A DNA stretch of 31,604 nucleotides from a virus (lineage: Duplodnaviria > Caudoviricetes), in IMG/VR virus record IMGVR_UViG_3300033067_001394, positions 1-31,604 of that record; one strand, written 5' to 3'. The notes under the pieces were generated by a model. It saw only the letters and a program-made list of their open reading frames with translations, was not told where the DNA came from and did not search any database. This document shows positions 1-9,161 of this stretch, piece by piece. Position 1 is the first letter of the stretch; each line of letters begins with the position of its first letter. The position numbers and the translations under genes were made by a program.

Positions 1-224
1 TCGAGCCCCTTGTCGACGACCTCGGCCACCTCGGCGCACTCGGGGGAGCCCGCGGCCCCGCAGAGCGCACGGGCGACCGGCGCCAGCTCGCGCGCCTCGT
101 CGACGACCGCGGCCAGGTCGGCGAGGTCGTCGGCGGTGGGCACCTGGGGCCGGCAGGCGGCCGCGTAGATGATCCCGGCCGACAGCCAGAGGGAGAAGGG
201 GATGCGACTGATCGAGGAAATCAT
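1..224 (-). CDS. Putative lipoprotein (partial, runs off the window), possibly spanin-like
   Basis: Not in the ORF track. ATG at 224 overlaps the upstream stop (ATGA). Translates MISSISRIPFSLWLSAGIIYAAACRPQ..., a hydrophobic stretch followed by a lipobox-like AAAC. Confidence 0.55.
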   Translation of the reverse strand, partial: MISSISRIPFSLWLSAGIIYAAACRPQVPTADDLADLAAVVDEARELAPVARALCGAAGSPECAEVAEVVDKGL

Positions 225-487
225 GGTGTTTTCTCCGCGGTGGCGCCTTCGAGCGCGTCTTTGACCGAAGCGGGGAGCATCAGCCCGATCGCCGGCTTCG
301 TCGCCCCGCGCACGACGATTCCGATCTTCTGCCCGAGCTCGACGGCGTTCTTGAGGCGAGGCCATCGGGCCTTGGTCTCGTCACTCAGGTGGACGTTGCC
401 CAGCGCCGTGAAGAACAGGTACAGCCCCACCAGCGCCGCGAGCACTGGGTGTTGCTGCGCCCACGCGATCATTTCGTCGACCGACAT
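221..487 (-). CDS. Small membrane protein, holin-like
   Basis: Start MSVDEMIAW at 487 with GGAGG upstream. TM segment VLAALVGLYLFFTALG. Lies after the tail-fibre genes. Confidence 0.55.
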   Translation of the reverse strand: MSVDEMIAWAQQHPVLAALVGLYLFFTALGNVHLSDETKARWPRLKNAVELGQKIGIVVRGATKPAIGLMLPASVKDALEGATAEKTP

Positions 488-716
488 AGCCAAGCCTCCA
501 GACATTTGAAGCCGCGATTTGCAGCACCAGCGACACGACCAGCACGACGATTCCTGACGTGCGGTCCTTCTTCTCCAGCACTTCGAGCTTTCCCGACAGC
601 CGCGCGACCTCGGCGGAAAGGCCCGTGACCGCCGACAGCACTTCGAGCGCAAACGCCTTCGTCCGCTCGTCTTGCGACGAGGGCACCGGCGTCGGGGGCG
701 GGTCGGAGGTGCTCAT
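381..716 (-). CDS. Coiled-coil plus single-TM protein (lysis-region hypothetical)
   Basis: MSTSDPPP... with a heptad-like stretch and TM GIVVLVVSLVLQIAAS. The C-terminus overlaps the next gene by about 107 nt. Confidence 0.5.
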   Translation of the reverse strand: MSTSDPPPTPVPSSQDERTKAFALEVLSAVTGLSAEVARLSGKLEVLEKKDRTSGIVVLVVSLVLQIAASNVWRLGYVGRRNDRVGAATPSARGAGGAVPVLHGAGQRPPE

Positions 717-718
717 GG

Positions 719-1123
719 TCAAAACGGCGGGATCGCGACGCGCACGAGGCCCGCGCTGGCCGCAGCCGTGTCGAGGTCGAGCCACCGCTCCAGAGCGGCG
801 CCGGTGCTCTGCGCGGGGTCGGTGATCACGATGGCCTCGGGCGGGTCGTGATCAGGCTTCGACCCCAGCCACACCTGAAGCGCCGACCCGAAGGCCGGCG
901 CCGCCTGGAGCAGCGCTGGCAGGTCTTCGTCGAGGATCACGCTGCTGGCCCCGAAGTGCGAGGCCGGCGCCGAGCCGGTGGCCGACAGGCCGAGGGCGAA
1001 CGTCCCGATGAATTCGAGCTCGGGGTGCAGCGGTTGCAGCAACGCATTGAGCGCCGCTTCGACCGAGTCGCGAGCCTCGGCGGTGACAACTGCGAGAATG
1101 AAACCGTAGGGAGATTCAGCCAT
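719..1123 (-). CDS. Hypothetical phage protein
   Basis: 134 aa, overlaps the stop of the upstream fibre gene, protein-like composition. Confidence 0.65.
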   Translation of the reverse strand: MAESPYGFILAVVTAEARDSVEAALNALLQPLHPELEFIGTFALGLSATGSAPASHFGASSVILDEDLPALLQAAPAFGSALQVWLGSKPDHDPPEAIVITDPAQSTGAALERWLDLDTAAASAGLVRVAIPPF

Positions 1124-2633
1124 TGAGCCATCCTTCGATCACGGCCCGAGAGCCGCGGTGATCTGCACTCCACGCGTCGGTCCGCCCCACGTCGACGAAG
1201 CTCGGAATGCTCGCGTCGGTGTAGCTGCCCAACGCGCCCATCGTCACTGCATCGAGAAACGAATTTCCCCCCACGACGGTCTTGGAGACGCCGTCGACAA
1301 ACATCGCGTAGTTTTCGGGCGTCGAGGAGCCCAGGCCGTTGTAGCAAACGACCAGCGTGTGCCGGCCGGTGCCGAGCCCTGGGTTGCACCCGACGCTGAG
1401 CCCCCCTGCCCCACCGAGGTAGCAGGTGATTTCGGCGTAGCCCACGTAGTTAATCAGCGAGATGGCTGAAAAGATCGGCCCGGCGACCCTCGTGGAAAAG
1501 AGCCTCTGCGCCGTCGGCACATTGGTGCGCCGCACGAACTCCATCGCCACCGTCTGGGCCCCCGAGCCGAGGCCCCAGCCCGACATCAGAAGGCCGTCGT
1601 CGACGCCGTCGAACGACACGCGCGGCCGGCTGCCTCCGCCGAGCCCCGAGGAGTAGAAAATGGGCCTCCGGGCGCTGGTGCTCTGGGTGAGGTGGTGCGC
1701 GGCCGCGGCGTTGTCTTTCCAGCCGCCGACGGGGTCACCCGAGGCCGCCGCCGTGGTGCGCGCCGCATCCTGGTAGAGGTCGGCCGCGCCGAGGCGCAGG
1801 TCGAGCAGTAGCGACGCAAAATCCGAGGGAACGGCGCTGAGGGTGTTGTACTTCGCCAGCAAAATGGCGCTGTTCGCGGCCACGGCGGTGGCGTCGTGCG
1901 CCACCGAGTAGAGCGCCAGCTCGAGGCAGGTATTGGGCCCGGTGTACGAAGAGCTGCCCGGGACGTAGACGTTCAGCGCCAACTTGCTCGCCAGGGCGAC
2001 CAGCCCCGGACTGCCGGCCGAAGTGGCGACGAGCGTGCCGTCGACGTAAATTTTTGCGTTCGTCCCGGCCTTTACCGTGACGGCGACGACGCCGATCTTC
2101 TTCGTGGGCAGCGACCCCGCGGCGGGCCTCGCGTTCTGAGTCGTGCCGCGCGTGACGGTGAGCGTGTCCCCTGCATTCCCGTCCGACGCCGACGCGTAAT
2201 AGAGGTACTCGACAGCCATCGCGGAGCCGTCGGTGCGTGACCAGGCGAACGAGTCGTTGTTCCGATCGAACACCCCCACCCAGTAGTAGGTCGTGTCGGT
2301 GGTGGAGACGTTGGCCCCCGTCATCAGGGATTTGCCGCTGGCGAACAGCAACCCCTGATGGCGCGCGATCGACGAGTCGGCCGCGAGCGTCGGCCGCGAG
2401 CCCGCGGTCGCCTGCACCAGGTGGTTACCCGCGATCTCGTCGTCGACCCGGTAGACCGTGCCGCCGGTGACCGCCTGGGTGACGCCGTTGTCTGACCAGC
2501 AGCTCTCGACCCGCGAGGGGCGCCAGCGCCCCGCCAGCCCCGTCAGATCGATGTCCGGAGTGGAGGGCGCGACAGGGCGACGCGCGCGCGGGCCACCGAT
2601 ACCCAGGCCGCAGCCGAGTCCAATGCGAGTCAT
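1116..2633 (-). CDS. Virion fibre with two LamG/ConA-like repeats; probable head fibre
   Basis: AAGGAG RBS. Two internal repeats (...VYRVDDEIAGNHLVQATAGSRPTL and ...VGGWKDNAAAAHHLTQSTSARRPIF...FDGVDD). N-terminus MTRIGLGCGLGIGGP. Confidence 0.75.
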   Translation of the reverse strand: MTRIGLGCGLGIGGPRARRPVAPSTPDIDLTGLAGRWRPSRVESCWSDNGVTQAVTGGTVYRVDDEIAGNHLVQATAGSRPTLAADSSIARHQGLLFASGKSLMTGANVSTTDTTYYWVGVFDRNNDSFAWSRTDGSAMAVEYLYYASASDGNAGDTLTVTRGTTQNARPAAGSLPTKKIGVVAVTVKAGTNAKIYVDGTLVATSAGSPGLVALASKLALNVYVPGSSSYTGPNTCLELALYSVAHDATAVAANSAILLAKYNTLSAVPSDFASLLLDLRLGAADLYQDAARTTAAASGDPVGGWKDNAAAAHHLTQSTSARRPIFYSSGLGGGSRPRVSFDGVDDGLLMSGWGLGSGAQTVAMEFVRRTNVPTAQRLFSTRVAGPIFSAISLINYVGYAEITCYLGGAGGLSVGCNPGLGTGRHTLVVCYNGLGSSTPENYAMFVDGVSKTVVGGNSFLDAVTMGALGSYTDASIPSFVDVGRTDAWSADHRGSRAVIEGWLNG

Positions 2634-2687
2634 GAATGTCTCCTTGGTCAGCCGCGGCAGGGGCGCGCGGCCGGTCAGGTCAGGCGC

Positions 2688-3464
2688 TCACGGGAGCGCG
2701 GGGGTGCCGTACAGGGCTTGCAGGTAGACCTCGACGGCGCGGCGGTCGGTGCTGTCGAGGGCGGTGTGGTAGGTCAAGAACCGCAGCAGCAGCAGGCGCG
2801 CCGGGAACCCGCCGAGTTCGTTGTACGCGCCCAGCAGCAGGCTGGCGTCGAGCGTCGAAGAGCCGATGCTGCTGGCGTAGGAGGCGAACAGGGTACCGTC
2901 GAGGTACGCCTCCATCTTGTTGGCCCCCGCGGTGTCGATCCGCAGGCACCCGAGGTGATACGACGTGTTCGGGAAGAACCCGTTGTTCGAGATCAGGTGC
3001 GCGGTGCCGCGGTCTGCCTGGATTTCGCCGGTCTTGTAGACGTAGTCCGCGGCGACGCTGCCGGCTGTCTTGACCCGGTTGAACAGGGTGCCGGTTGAGG
3101 ACGTGATCGCGTAGACAAAGAAGTACGTGGTCGTGGTCGGGCTGGTGAACGCCGAGACCTTGAGCCACCGTGCGCCCGTGGAGAAGTCGAGCCCAGGGAG
3201 GTTGCCGCTCGGGCCCAGGTTGGTGGCGTACTGCGGGGCGTTGATCGTGACCGTCTGCCCGGCGTCGCGACCGTTGCCGCTCTGGTCCACGACGTGCTGT
3301 ACCGTCTGCCCGGCGGTGGTCACCGGGGTCGAGGTGCCGGTGTCCTGGTAGAGCGACCCGAGCACCTGCGGCCAGAGGTCCAGGATGGGCGACCCGGGAG
3401 GCGGGCCGCCACCGCTGGACGCCGGGCGGCGCCACGGCATCGCTGCCAGCAACCCGGCGCTCAC
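2688..3464 (-). CDS. LamG/ConA-like virion fibre protein
   Basis: GTG start at a GTGA overlap (3464). The motif YQDTGTSTPVTTAGQTVQHVVDQSGNG is paralogous to the repeats in 1116..2633; ends VEVYLQALYG. Confidence 0.7.
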   Translation of the reverse strand: MSAGLLAAMPWRRPASSGGGPPPGSPILDLWPQVLGSLYQDTGTSTPVTTAGQTVQHVVDQSGNGRDAGQTVTINAPQYATNLGPSGNLPGLDFSTGARWLKVSAFTSPTTTTYFFVYAITSSTGTLFNRVKTAGSVAADYVYKTGEIQADRGTAHLISNNGFFPNTSYHLGCLRIDTAGANKMEAYLDGTLFASYASSIGSSTLDASLLLGAYNELGGFPARLLLLRFLTYHTALDSTDRRAVEVYLQALYGTPALP

Positions 3465-4459
3465 GCCAGCACCAGCCCCACGATGATCACGCGCATGGTC
3501 CCGACAATCACCGCGCCGGACGTGGTGTTGCGCAGCGACAGCGTTGCCGCCGTCGCCATCGAGTAGCCGCCGTCGGCGTCGATGCCGCTGCCGGCGGTCG
3601 GCTCGATGATCACGTTCGACGACCCCGAGGCACCCGTCGCATCCATCACGTCCGTGCCGCCTGCGCTGGTGCCGATCTGCACGGTCGGGGCGCCGCTGCC
3701 GATGGTGGCCCCCGTCACCTGGTAGAGGCGCGGGGTGCAGGACAGCCGCAGCCCGGCCGGGACCGCACACAGGGTGGTGTCGTCCGAGCCGGCCGACCCG
3801 CGCACGTTGGTGATCGTGGTCTCGTACTCCCACACCCGCAGCCCCTCGCCGCGCAGCACCCCGGCATCATCGACCGACAACCGCTTGGCTTGCCCGGGGG
3901 CCAGGTAGCACGAGCCGCCGGACGGCCCGACGATCTGGAGCGTGTAGGTGCCGGTCGTGGCGTTGATGAGCACATGCTCTTGGCCGGTGCCCGCCGGCAG
4001 GGTGCAGACCCGGTGACCGGTCAGCGCCCCGGTCAGCCGCACGGTGTGGGCGGTGAGGGCGGAGGCGGACATCGCCAGCGCGCCGGTGCCCGCGACCGAG
4101 TAGGACGAGGCCGAGAGGGCAAAGCCCCCGCCGACGGCCTGGCCCCAGTAGGCCGATGCGTCGACGCCTGCCTCGAAGCTGGGGTCAGCCCACGAGGGAT
4201 ACCCGGCCGAGTCGCGCCAAATCAGGAGCTGCGTCGGGTTGCTCGGCGCCCCGGTGGAAACCCACGCGGTGCCGTTGAAAAACATCATCTCCCCGGGGTT
4301 GGTGAGGCTGCCCAGGGTGGTGTCGAGGGCGAGGCCACGCAGCTTGACGACGGAGGGATTCGGGTAGGTGCCGCCGAGGTCGCCGCCGGCTGCGCCGGTC
4401 GGGGCGCCGCCGCCACCACTAGAGGCGACCGCGCCAGAGAGAGGGGTGCCGCTCATCAC
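3461..4459 (-). CDS. Tail fibre-like protein
   Basis: Gly/Thr/Ala-rich; GGDLGGTYPNPSV and LTGALTGHRVCTLP...INATTG motifs typical of phage fibres. Confidence 0.7.
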   Translation of the reverse strand: MMSGTPLSGAVASSGGGGAPTGAAGGDLGGTYPNPSVVKLRGLALDTTLGSLTNPGEMMFFNGTAWVSTGAPSNPTQLLIWRDSAGYPSWADPSFEAGVDASAYWGQAVGGGFALSASSYSVAGTGALAMSASALTAHTVRLTGALTGHRVCTLPAGTGQEHVLINATTGTYTLQIVGPSGGSCYLAPGQAKRLSVDDAGVLRGEGLRVWEYETTITNVRGSAGSDDTTLCAVPAGLRLSCTPRLYQVTGATIGSGAPTVQIGTSAGGTDVMDATGASGSSNVIIEPTAGSGIDADGGYSMATAATLSLRNTTSGAVIVGTMRVIIVGLVLA

Positions 4460-4923
4460 AGCACCGCCGCGCTAAAGCCGACACAGTGCGCGCCGGGCGC
4501 CGTGTAGGTCGCCGCCGTGGTGGACGCCGCCCAGCGCAGTTGCGCGCTGGCCGCGACAGGCACCGCGGGGCGCCAGCCGACCGAGCCGCCCGCGGGCACC
4601 ATGATCTGATCGATGCAGGCGTCGCCGCCCGACACGGCGCTGGCCTTGTCGTGGACCTGAAACCAGATGGCGGCGGCGCTGCTGTTCCACAGCGACACCT
4701 CGACCAGTGACCCGGCCCCGGCGCTCTTGAGCGACCCGGTGCTGGCCGCGGTCAGTTGCCGCACGGCCGTGACGCCGGCCGGTGCCACCGGGGCGGTGGA
4801 CACCTGAAGTCGGCCGTATGGGTCGACCAGCAGGGGCTTGGTGCCACCGTCGGAAGCGGCCACGGGGCTGGCGGTGTACCTGCCGTACCCCAACCAGTTG
4901 AAGATCTGTTCAGGCCATCCCAT
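4456..4923 (-). CDS. Hypothetical virion protein
   Basis: 155 aa, beta-rich, coupled to both neighbours. Confidence 0.7.
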   Translation of the reverse strand: MGWPEQIFNWLGYGRYTASPVAASDGGTKPLLVDPYGRLQVSTAPVAPAGVTAVRQLTAASTGSLKSAGAGSLVEVSLWNSSAAAIWFQVHDKASAVSGGDACIDQIMVPAGGSVGWRPAVPVAASAQLRWAASTTAATYTAPGAHCVGFSAAVL

Positions 4924-4924
4924 G

Positions 4925-5590
4925 TCAGGACTCCAGCAGGGCTATCGAGCCCGCATCGAAGATCAGCGCCGGGTCGTCCCAATCGAGCCCGGACTCCTCA
5001 AACACATGCGCGTTGCCGATCAGCAGGGCGCACCACACCAGCCGGGCATGAGCCGCGCGCCATCGCTCGACCTGGCGCTTCAGGAAGTCGATGTCCCCGC
5101 GGTCCGCGGTCACATCGAACAGCAGCGCCGGGTCATCGAAGGTCAGCCCCGAGTCTTCCCAGTTGGAGGGCGCGCTGTAGGTCGTGGCGCAGGTGAGCCA
5201 GAACCGAGCCCACAGCGTGCTGGCCGGGTCCCACTGCCACGCCTCCCGGTACAGGACCGAGACGACGCCAGCAGCGGCCAGCGCCGCGGCGGTGACCCCC
5301 GTGGGCGTGCCCAGGTAGACGTAGCGGTCGAACGTCTCGGCCAGGCGCGTGCGGTAGTCGGCCTCCGTCTCGCCCGGGTAGCGCTCGGTGTTGCGCTCGG
5401 CGGCGTAGGCCGCCAGTGCGTCCGGTGCGGCAAGTAGCGGCAGGCTGGCCTTGGTGGCCTCGCGCGTGCCCTCGCGCCATGCATCCTTGGTGTGCCCCCA
5501 GAGTTGCCACCACGCCTCGCCCTGCGTACCCGCCAGCGGCGTCGGCGCGGTCTGGCTCTGAAAGAACCAGTAATCGTCGCGGTCGGCCAT
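4925..5590 (-). CDS. Baseplate wedge/tail protein (P2 gpI-like position)
   Basis: Follows baseplate J; motif ERYPGETEADYRTRL...GTPTGV. Confidence 0.7.
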   Translation of the reverse strand: MADRDDYWFFQSQTAPTPLAGTQGEAWWQLWGHTKDAWREGTREATKASLPLLAAPDALAAYAAERNTERYPGETEADYRTRLAETFDRYVYLGTPTGVTAAALAAAGVVSVLYREAWQWDPASTLWARFWLTCATTYSAPSNWEDSGLTFDDPALLFDVTADRGDIDFLKRQVERWRAAHARLVWCALLIGNAHVFEESGLDWDDPALIFDAGSIALLES

Positions 5591-6714
5591 AACAGCGTCA
5601 CCCAGGTCAGGCCGGATGTGCTGACCACGGGCACCTCGTTGCCGGCCAGCGTCTGCTCTGGCACGTTGTCGAGGGCGACGTTGACGACGCCGATATTGGC
5701 GTCGAGGATGGCCTTTTCAATCGGCGCCCGGTACACGATGCCACCGATGGGGATGGCAGCGAACAGGGCTGAGAGTGCGATGGCCGCCGACGCCTGCGCC
5801 GCGGCATTCTGCGCCGCCTTGACCTTGACGGTTCCGGTCAGGGCGACCGTTACCTGCGTGGCGTTGACCGCCGCCGGGGTCACGCACTGCGGGCGACGCG
5901 CATAGATGTAGCTGTCGACAACGGTGAGGGCGCCGCCGCTGATCGGACCAGCGCTGCCGGCCACGTACACGCGAACATGCCCGTCGCCGTAGGGGACCGC
6001 CACCGCCACCCGCGTCACCTCGGCGCTCGCTGTCGAGGCCCAGAAGCGGTAAGCGGCCTCGGTCGCGCCGTAACCAAGTTCGCCCCAGCGCGCCTTGCAC
6101 CGGGTGCGCAGGGCGGCGTCCGTCTCCTCGTCGGCGCCCTGCTGGGTGATCCACGTCCCGCCCGAGGGGGTGACCTGCGCCGCGGTGACACCGGGCAGGC
6201 TGGTGACCAGCTCGACCGTCGCACCGTCCGGGATGTTGCCGGCCGCGCCCGCGGTCTCGGCCTCGAACATCACCGTCACCGACCCGGACGCCGGCAAGGT
6301 CTGCGGCAGCGGGTAGGCGGTGCTGTCCACCACCCGGAACCGGGTGCCGTCCACGGTCACGACGACCTGGCCGGCGTCGGTGATGTCGATGGGGCCGATG
6401 CCACCGCCGTCGGTCAGGGTGATGACCCCTTGCGTGTAGACGGCGGGCTGGCGCGTGAGGTTGTAGCCCTGCGCCGCGCGCAGCGTCAGCCACGGCCCCT
6501 CGGCGTGGTCGACGAAGCCACCGCCCGCGATGGCGCCGATGACCTGCGTGAGGTCGGCGTACGAGACCGCCTCCAGTTCAAAGAAGGTCCGCGGGACGCT
6601 GCCCGCCTGCCACGAGTAGGCGGGGAAGCCGGCGACGGCGGCCAGGGCCACCAGCGTCGCCAGCGTCTCGTCGGTGGTGCTGCCCGCGAGGAGGTCGGTG
6701 AGAGGGAGGGCCAT
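5143..6714 (-). CDS. Baseplate J-like protein (J-like sequence ends near 5593; the ORF runs on to 5143)
   Basis: Start MALPLTDLL at 6714; motifs AETAGAAGN, GADEETDAALRTR, AYRFWA, GHVRVYV. Confidence 0.85.
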   Translation of the reverse strand: MALPLTDLLAGSTTDETLATLVALAAVAGFPAYSWQAGSVPRTFFELEAVSYADLTQVIGAIAGGGFVDHAEGPWLTLRAAQGYNLTRQPAVYTQGVITLTDGGGIGPIDITDAGQVVVTVDGTRFRVVDSTAYPLPQTLPASGSVTVMFEAETAGAAGNIPDGATVELVTSLPGVTAAQVTPSGGTWITQQGADEETDAALRTRCKARWGELGYGATEAAYRFWASTASAEVTRVAVAVPYGDGHVRVYVAGSAGPISGGALTVVDSYIYARRPQCVTPAAVNATQVTVALTGTVKVKAAQNAAAQASAAIALSALFAAIPIGGIVYRAPIEKAILDANIGVVNVALDNVPEQTLAGNEVPVVSTSGLTWVTLLWPTATITGSFRARPRRRRWRVRRARRGGNSGGTPRMHGARARARPPRPACRYLPHRTHWRPTPPSATPSATRARRRPTTARAWPRRSTATSTWARPRGSPPRRWPLLASSRSCTGRRGSGTRPARCGLGSGSPAPRPTARPPTGKTRG

Positions 6715-6716
6715 GT

Positions 6717-7388
6717 TTACACTCGCAGGACTTGAAGGTTGGCGTTGAGTTGCGTGATCGTGAGGACCAGCGCGAAGGGCCCGGTGGCGCTCTCCAGCCG
6801 ACCGCGGACGGTCAGGGTCAGGCTGCCGGTGGGGCCCGCGAGGGACAGATCCACGGCGGCACTCGCCACCCGCTCGTCGGCGGTGGCCTGCGCCACCAGC
6901 GCCGCCCGGATGGCCTGCAACCGCGGGGAGTCGGCGCCTGCGTTCAAGAGCGCGCGCACGTCCTCGCCGTAGGTCTCGTCGTAGACCAGCCCGCCGAGCG
7001 GGGTGAGCCAGCGCCGCGCGACCGCCTCGGCCACCGCGCGCTGGCCCGAGATGGGCCGGAACTGCGGGTCCAGGTCCGGGAACGTCGAGACATCGGTGCC
7101 GAGCGGGTCGGTGATGGTGAGCGTCGGCACCGGGCGCGTCTGCCGGAACAGCGCCAGGGAGCACGCCGCCCGGACCCGCAGCTCGGCCGCCACCAGCTCG
7201 ACCGGGCCGAGGGCGACACCCTGCACCCGGGCCTCGTCGGCCACCTGGCGCAGCGCGACCGGGATCAGGGCGCCGAGGGCACCGGGGGCACTGCTACCGC
7301 TGGCGCTGACGGGCTCGCGGGTCGAGAGGAGGGCGAGGGTCGCCGTCCAGCTCGTGCCCGAGCCGGTAAGGGTGGCTTCGAGGGTCAT
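6717..7388 (-). CDS. Baseplate wedge protein, gp25/GPW-like
   Basis: AEAVARRWLTPLGGL.YDETYG...ADERVASA, immediately upstream of J. The true start may be later (e.g. GTG at 7130). Confidence 0.7.
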   Translation of the reverse strand: MTLEATLTGSGTSWTATLALLSTREPVSASGSSAPGALGALIPVALRQVADEARVQGVALGPVELVAAELRVRAACSLALFRQTRPVPTLTITDPLGTDVSTFPDLDPQFRPISGQRAVAEAVARRWLTPLGGLVYDETYGEDVRALLNAGADSPRLQAIRAALVAQATADERVASAAVDLSLAGPTGSLTLTVRGRLESATGPFALVLTITQLNANLQVLRV

Positions 7389-7441
7389 GGGGCCTTGGCG
7401 GCTCGCTCGCCCGCGAGGGCAAAAGGTGCGAGCCTCGTGGG

Positions 7442-8035
7442 ATGAAAATGTTTTGGTTGCTCTGCCTGGGGTTCGTCGGCTGCTGCCCGTCCGGCCAAAC
7501 GAAGACCGATGGCGACTTCAATCCGGCGCCATCGGCGGCCCCCGCCCCAACGTCGACCTACGAACCATCCGACCCGCCCAAGGAGGCACCCGTGCCGGTC
7601 GTCCTGCCAATGCGCGGCCTGATCTGCGCGCCCGCGGTCGTTGAGGAGGGATGGTGTCCGGCGGTGGTGCCACCGGAGACCACGCCGCGTCAGATCGTGG
7701 ACGTGGCGCGATGGCTACGGGCGACGCGGTCCGTCAAAATGTTCTGGCGCATCTACGACAACGAGAAGCGAGTCAACGAGGTCGAGGCGTTCAAGGAGAG
7801 CGGCAAGGACATGCCGAAGGACTTGAAGAAATGGGCCGAGGACCACGAGGTCGCATCGGTCACGACGTGGAAGACGCCGAGCGACGACAAGCCGCTCTGG
7901 CGGGTCAACTGGAACTTCGGGACCATGGCCGGCGACGGGCCGCGCGAGACCATCATCGGCCCGGGTCGCTTCCCGCGGATTCCACCGCTACCGTCCGCGC
8001 TCTACCCGGCCTCGAAGATCCCGATGCCGAAGTGA
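7442..8035 (+). CDS. Putative lipoprotein (moron)
   Basis: MKMFWLLCLGFVGC lipobox-like signal, then a Pro-rich linker. Antisense to the late operon. Confidence 0.7.
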   Translation: MKMFWLLCLGFVGCCPSGQTKTDGDFNPAPSAAPAPTSTYEPSDPPKEAPVPVVLPMRGLICAPAVVEEGWCPAVVPPETTPRQIVDVARWLRATRSVKMFWRIYDNEKRVNEVEAFKESGKDMPKDLKKWAEDHEVASVTTWKTPSDDKPLWRVNWNFGTMAGDGPRETIIGPGRFPRIPPLPSALYPASKIPMPK

Positions 8036-8066
8036 CCGACTAGTCCTTGGCGACCTTGGCGGCGCG

Positions 8067-8348
8067 GTGCTTGTCGATGGCGTCTATGGCGGCCTGACCC
8101 CGAGCGGGCTGATGCACGTCGCCGTGTTCAACGAGCGCCAGCCCATCCCGGAACAGGCTACCTACGTCCTCAACGAAAATGGCATCGAGAGAGAGCGGCT
8201 CGACCTGCGCCAGTCCAAGCAGGGCTTCGTGCGCGAGGTCGAGGCCAACCTGATGATGAGCGTCGAGACGGCCGAGTTGCTGCGCGACTGGCTCACCACC
8301 AACATTGCCGTTCTCAGGAAGGCGCTCAAGGATGCCGACCGTGGCTGA
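8067..8348 (+). CDS. Small conserved-type hypothetical (DUF3467-like), possibly N-truncated
   Basis: VDGVYGGLTPSG...FNER...REVEANLMMSVETAELLRDWL pattern recognised from memory. Confidence 0.55.
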   Translation: MLVDGVYGGLTPSGLMHVAVFNERQPIPEQATYVLNENGIERERLDLRQSKQGFVREVEANLMMSVETAELLRDWLTTNIAVLRKALKDADRG

Positions 8349-8763
8349 GGCGAGCGCATCGGGAAGGCCGCGGCTGCTTACCTTCGTGGAGGCGGCGCTA
8401 CCTGATGTGCCGCGGAGGATGACCAGCGCAGCACTAGGTGCGGCCCACCCTGCCTTTGCCAGGACGCTGACCCCTCGCCACCGCGTGTCAGAGTCCAAGT
8501 CCATGACTCAGCAGCAGCGAACCATCACCGCCCTTCACAGCGTCAGCGTCCCTGGCGTTACCCACATTGCGGTCTCACCGGATGGCCTGGACGTGGTCTT
8601 CCTCGGTCCCGTCACTACGGTCGAAGTCTCCTTGGCCTGCCAGGAAGTTCTGGAGTCCGTCCGCGATGTCGTCGGACCAGACGTTGCCGGCGGTTTCATC
8701 GCGAGGGCGCCCGAAGTGTTCCCGGACTATCAACCCGTCACCGCGCACCGCCATGAATCATGA
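8332..8763 (+). CDS. Hypothetical partner of the HEPN gene (start 8332 or 8503)
   Basis: Overlaps the HEPN start by 11 nt; small alpha/beta protein with a LDVVFL strand. Confidence 0.5.
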   Translation: MPTVAEASASGRPRLLTFVEAALPDVPRRMTSAALGAAHPAFARTLTPRHRVSESKSMTQQQRTITALHSVSVPGVTHIAVSPDGLDVVFLGPVTTVEVSLACQEVLESVRDVVGPDVAGGFIARAPEVFPDYQPVTAHRHES

Positions 8764-9118
8764 GCAACTAGCCCAGGAGAACTTCAAGCGCGCCAGGCTC
8801 GGCGGGGAGATAGAGGGTCAACACCCCGGCCTGGAATGGCGTGTGACGGTGTTCTTCTACGCGGCACTCCACGCGGTCACCCACGCCATCCTTGCGAGCA
8901 ATCCGAACGCCCGGCTTGACCACAGCCAGAGGCGGCAGATCGTCCTGCTCCAGCCGCAGTTTGCCGGCATCCGACGGTCCTATGGCGCGTTGGAAGCCAT
9001 GTCACAGAAGGCCCGGTATAAGCCTGAGACGCACCCGTTCGTAGTTGACGAGTACAAGGTCGCGCGGGCACATGCCCTTGCGGTCATGGCCGGCGTGGGT
9101 GTTGCCGTGCCCAAGTAG
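8753..9118 (+). CDS. HEPN-domain-like protein
   Basis: Start MNHEQLAQEN at 8753. The W..T..FYAALH...H..R...Y..L...S.KARY pattern matches HEPN/UPF0332-type helical bundles. Confidence 0.65.
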   Translation: MNHEQLAQENFKRARLGGEIEGQHPGLEWRVTVFFYAALHAVTHAILASNPNARLDHSQRRQIVLLQPQFAGIRRSYGALEAMSQKARYKPETHPFVVDEYKVARAHALAVMAGVGVAVPK

Positions 9119-9149
9119 CCCCGACTCGCCACCCACCCCGCCCGCGCGC

Positions 9150-9155
9150 TACCCT
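9150..9155 (+). promoter_or_regulatory. Putative -10 element (TACCCT) of a leaderless transcript
   Basis: TANNNT hexamer 6 nt upstream of ATG 9162; no SD present. Confidence 0.35.
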
Positions 9156-9161
9156 GCCCCC

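Noticed and set aside
1116-4459. Diversity-generating retroelement or invertible fibre cassette
   Set aside because: No reverse transcriptase, invertase or near-identical nucleotide repeat pair seen; the similarity is only at the protein-motif level.
8040-8504. 154-aa minus-strand ORF in the moron
   Set aside because: Overlaps better-supported plus-strand genes and has no motif.
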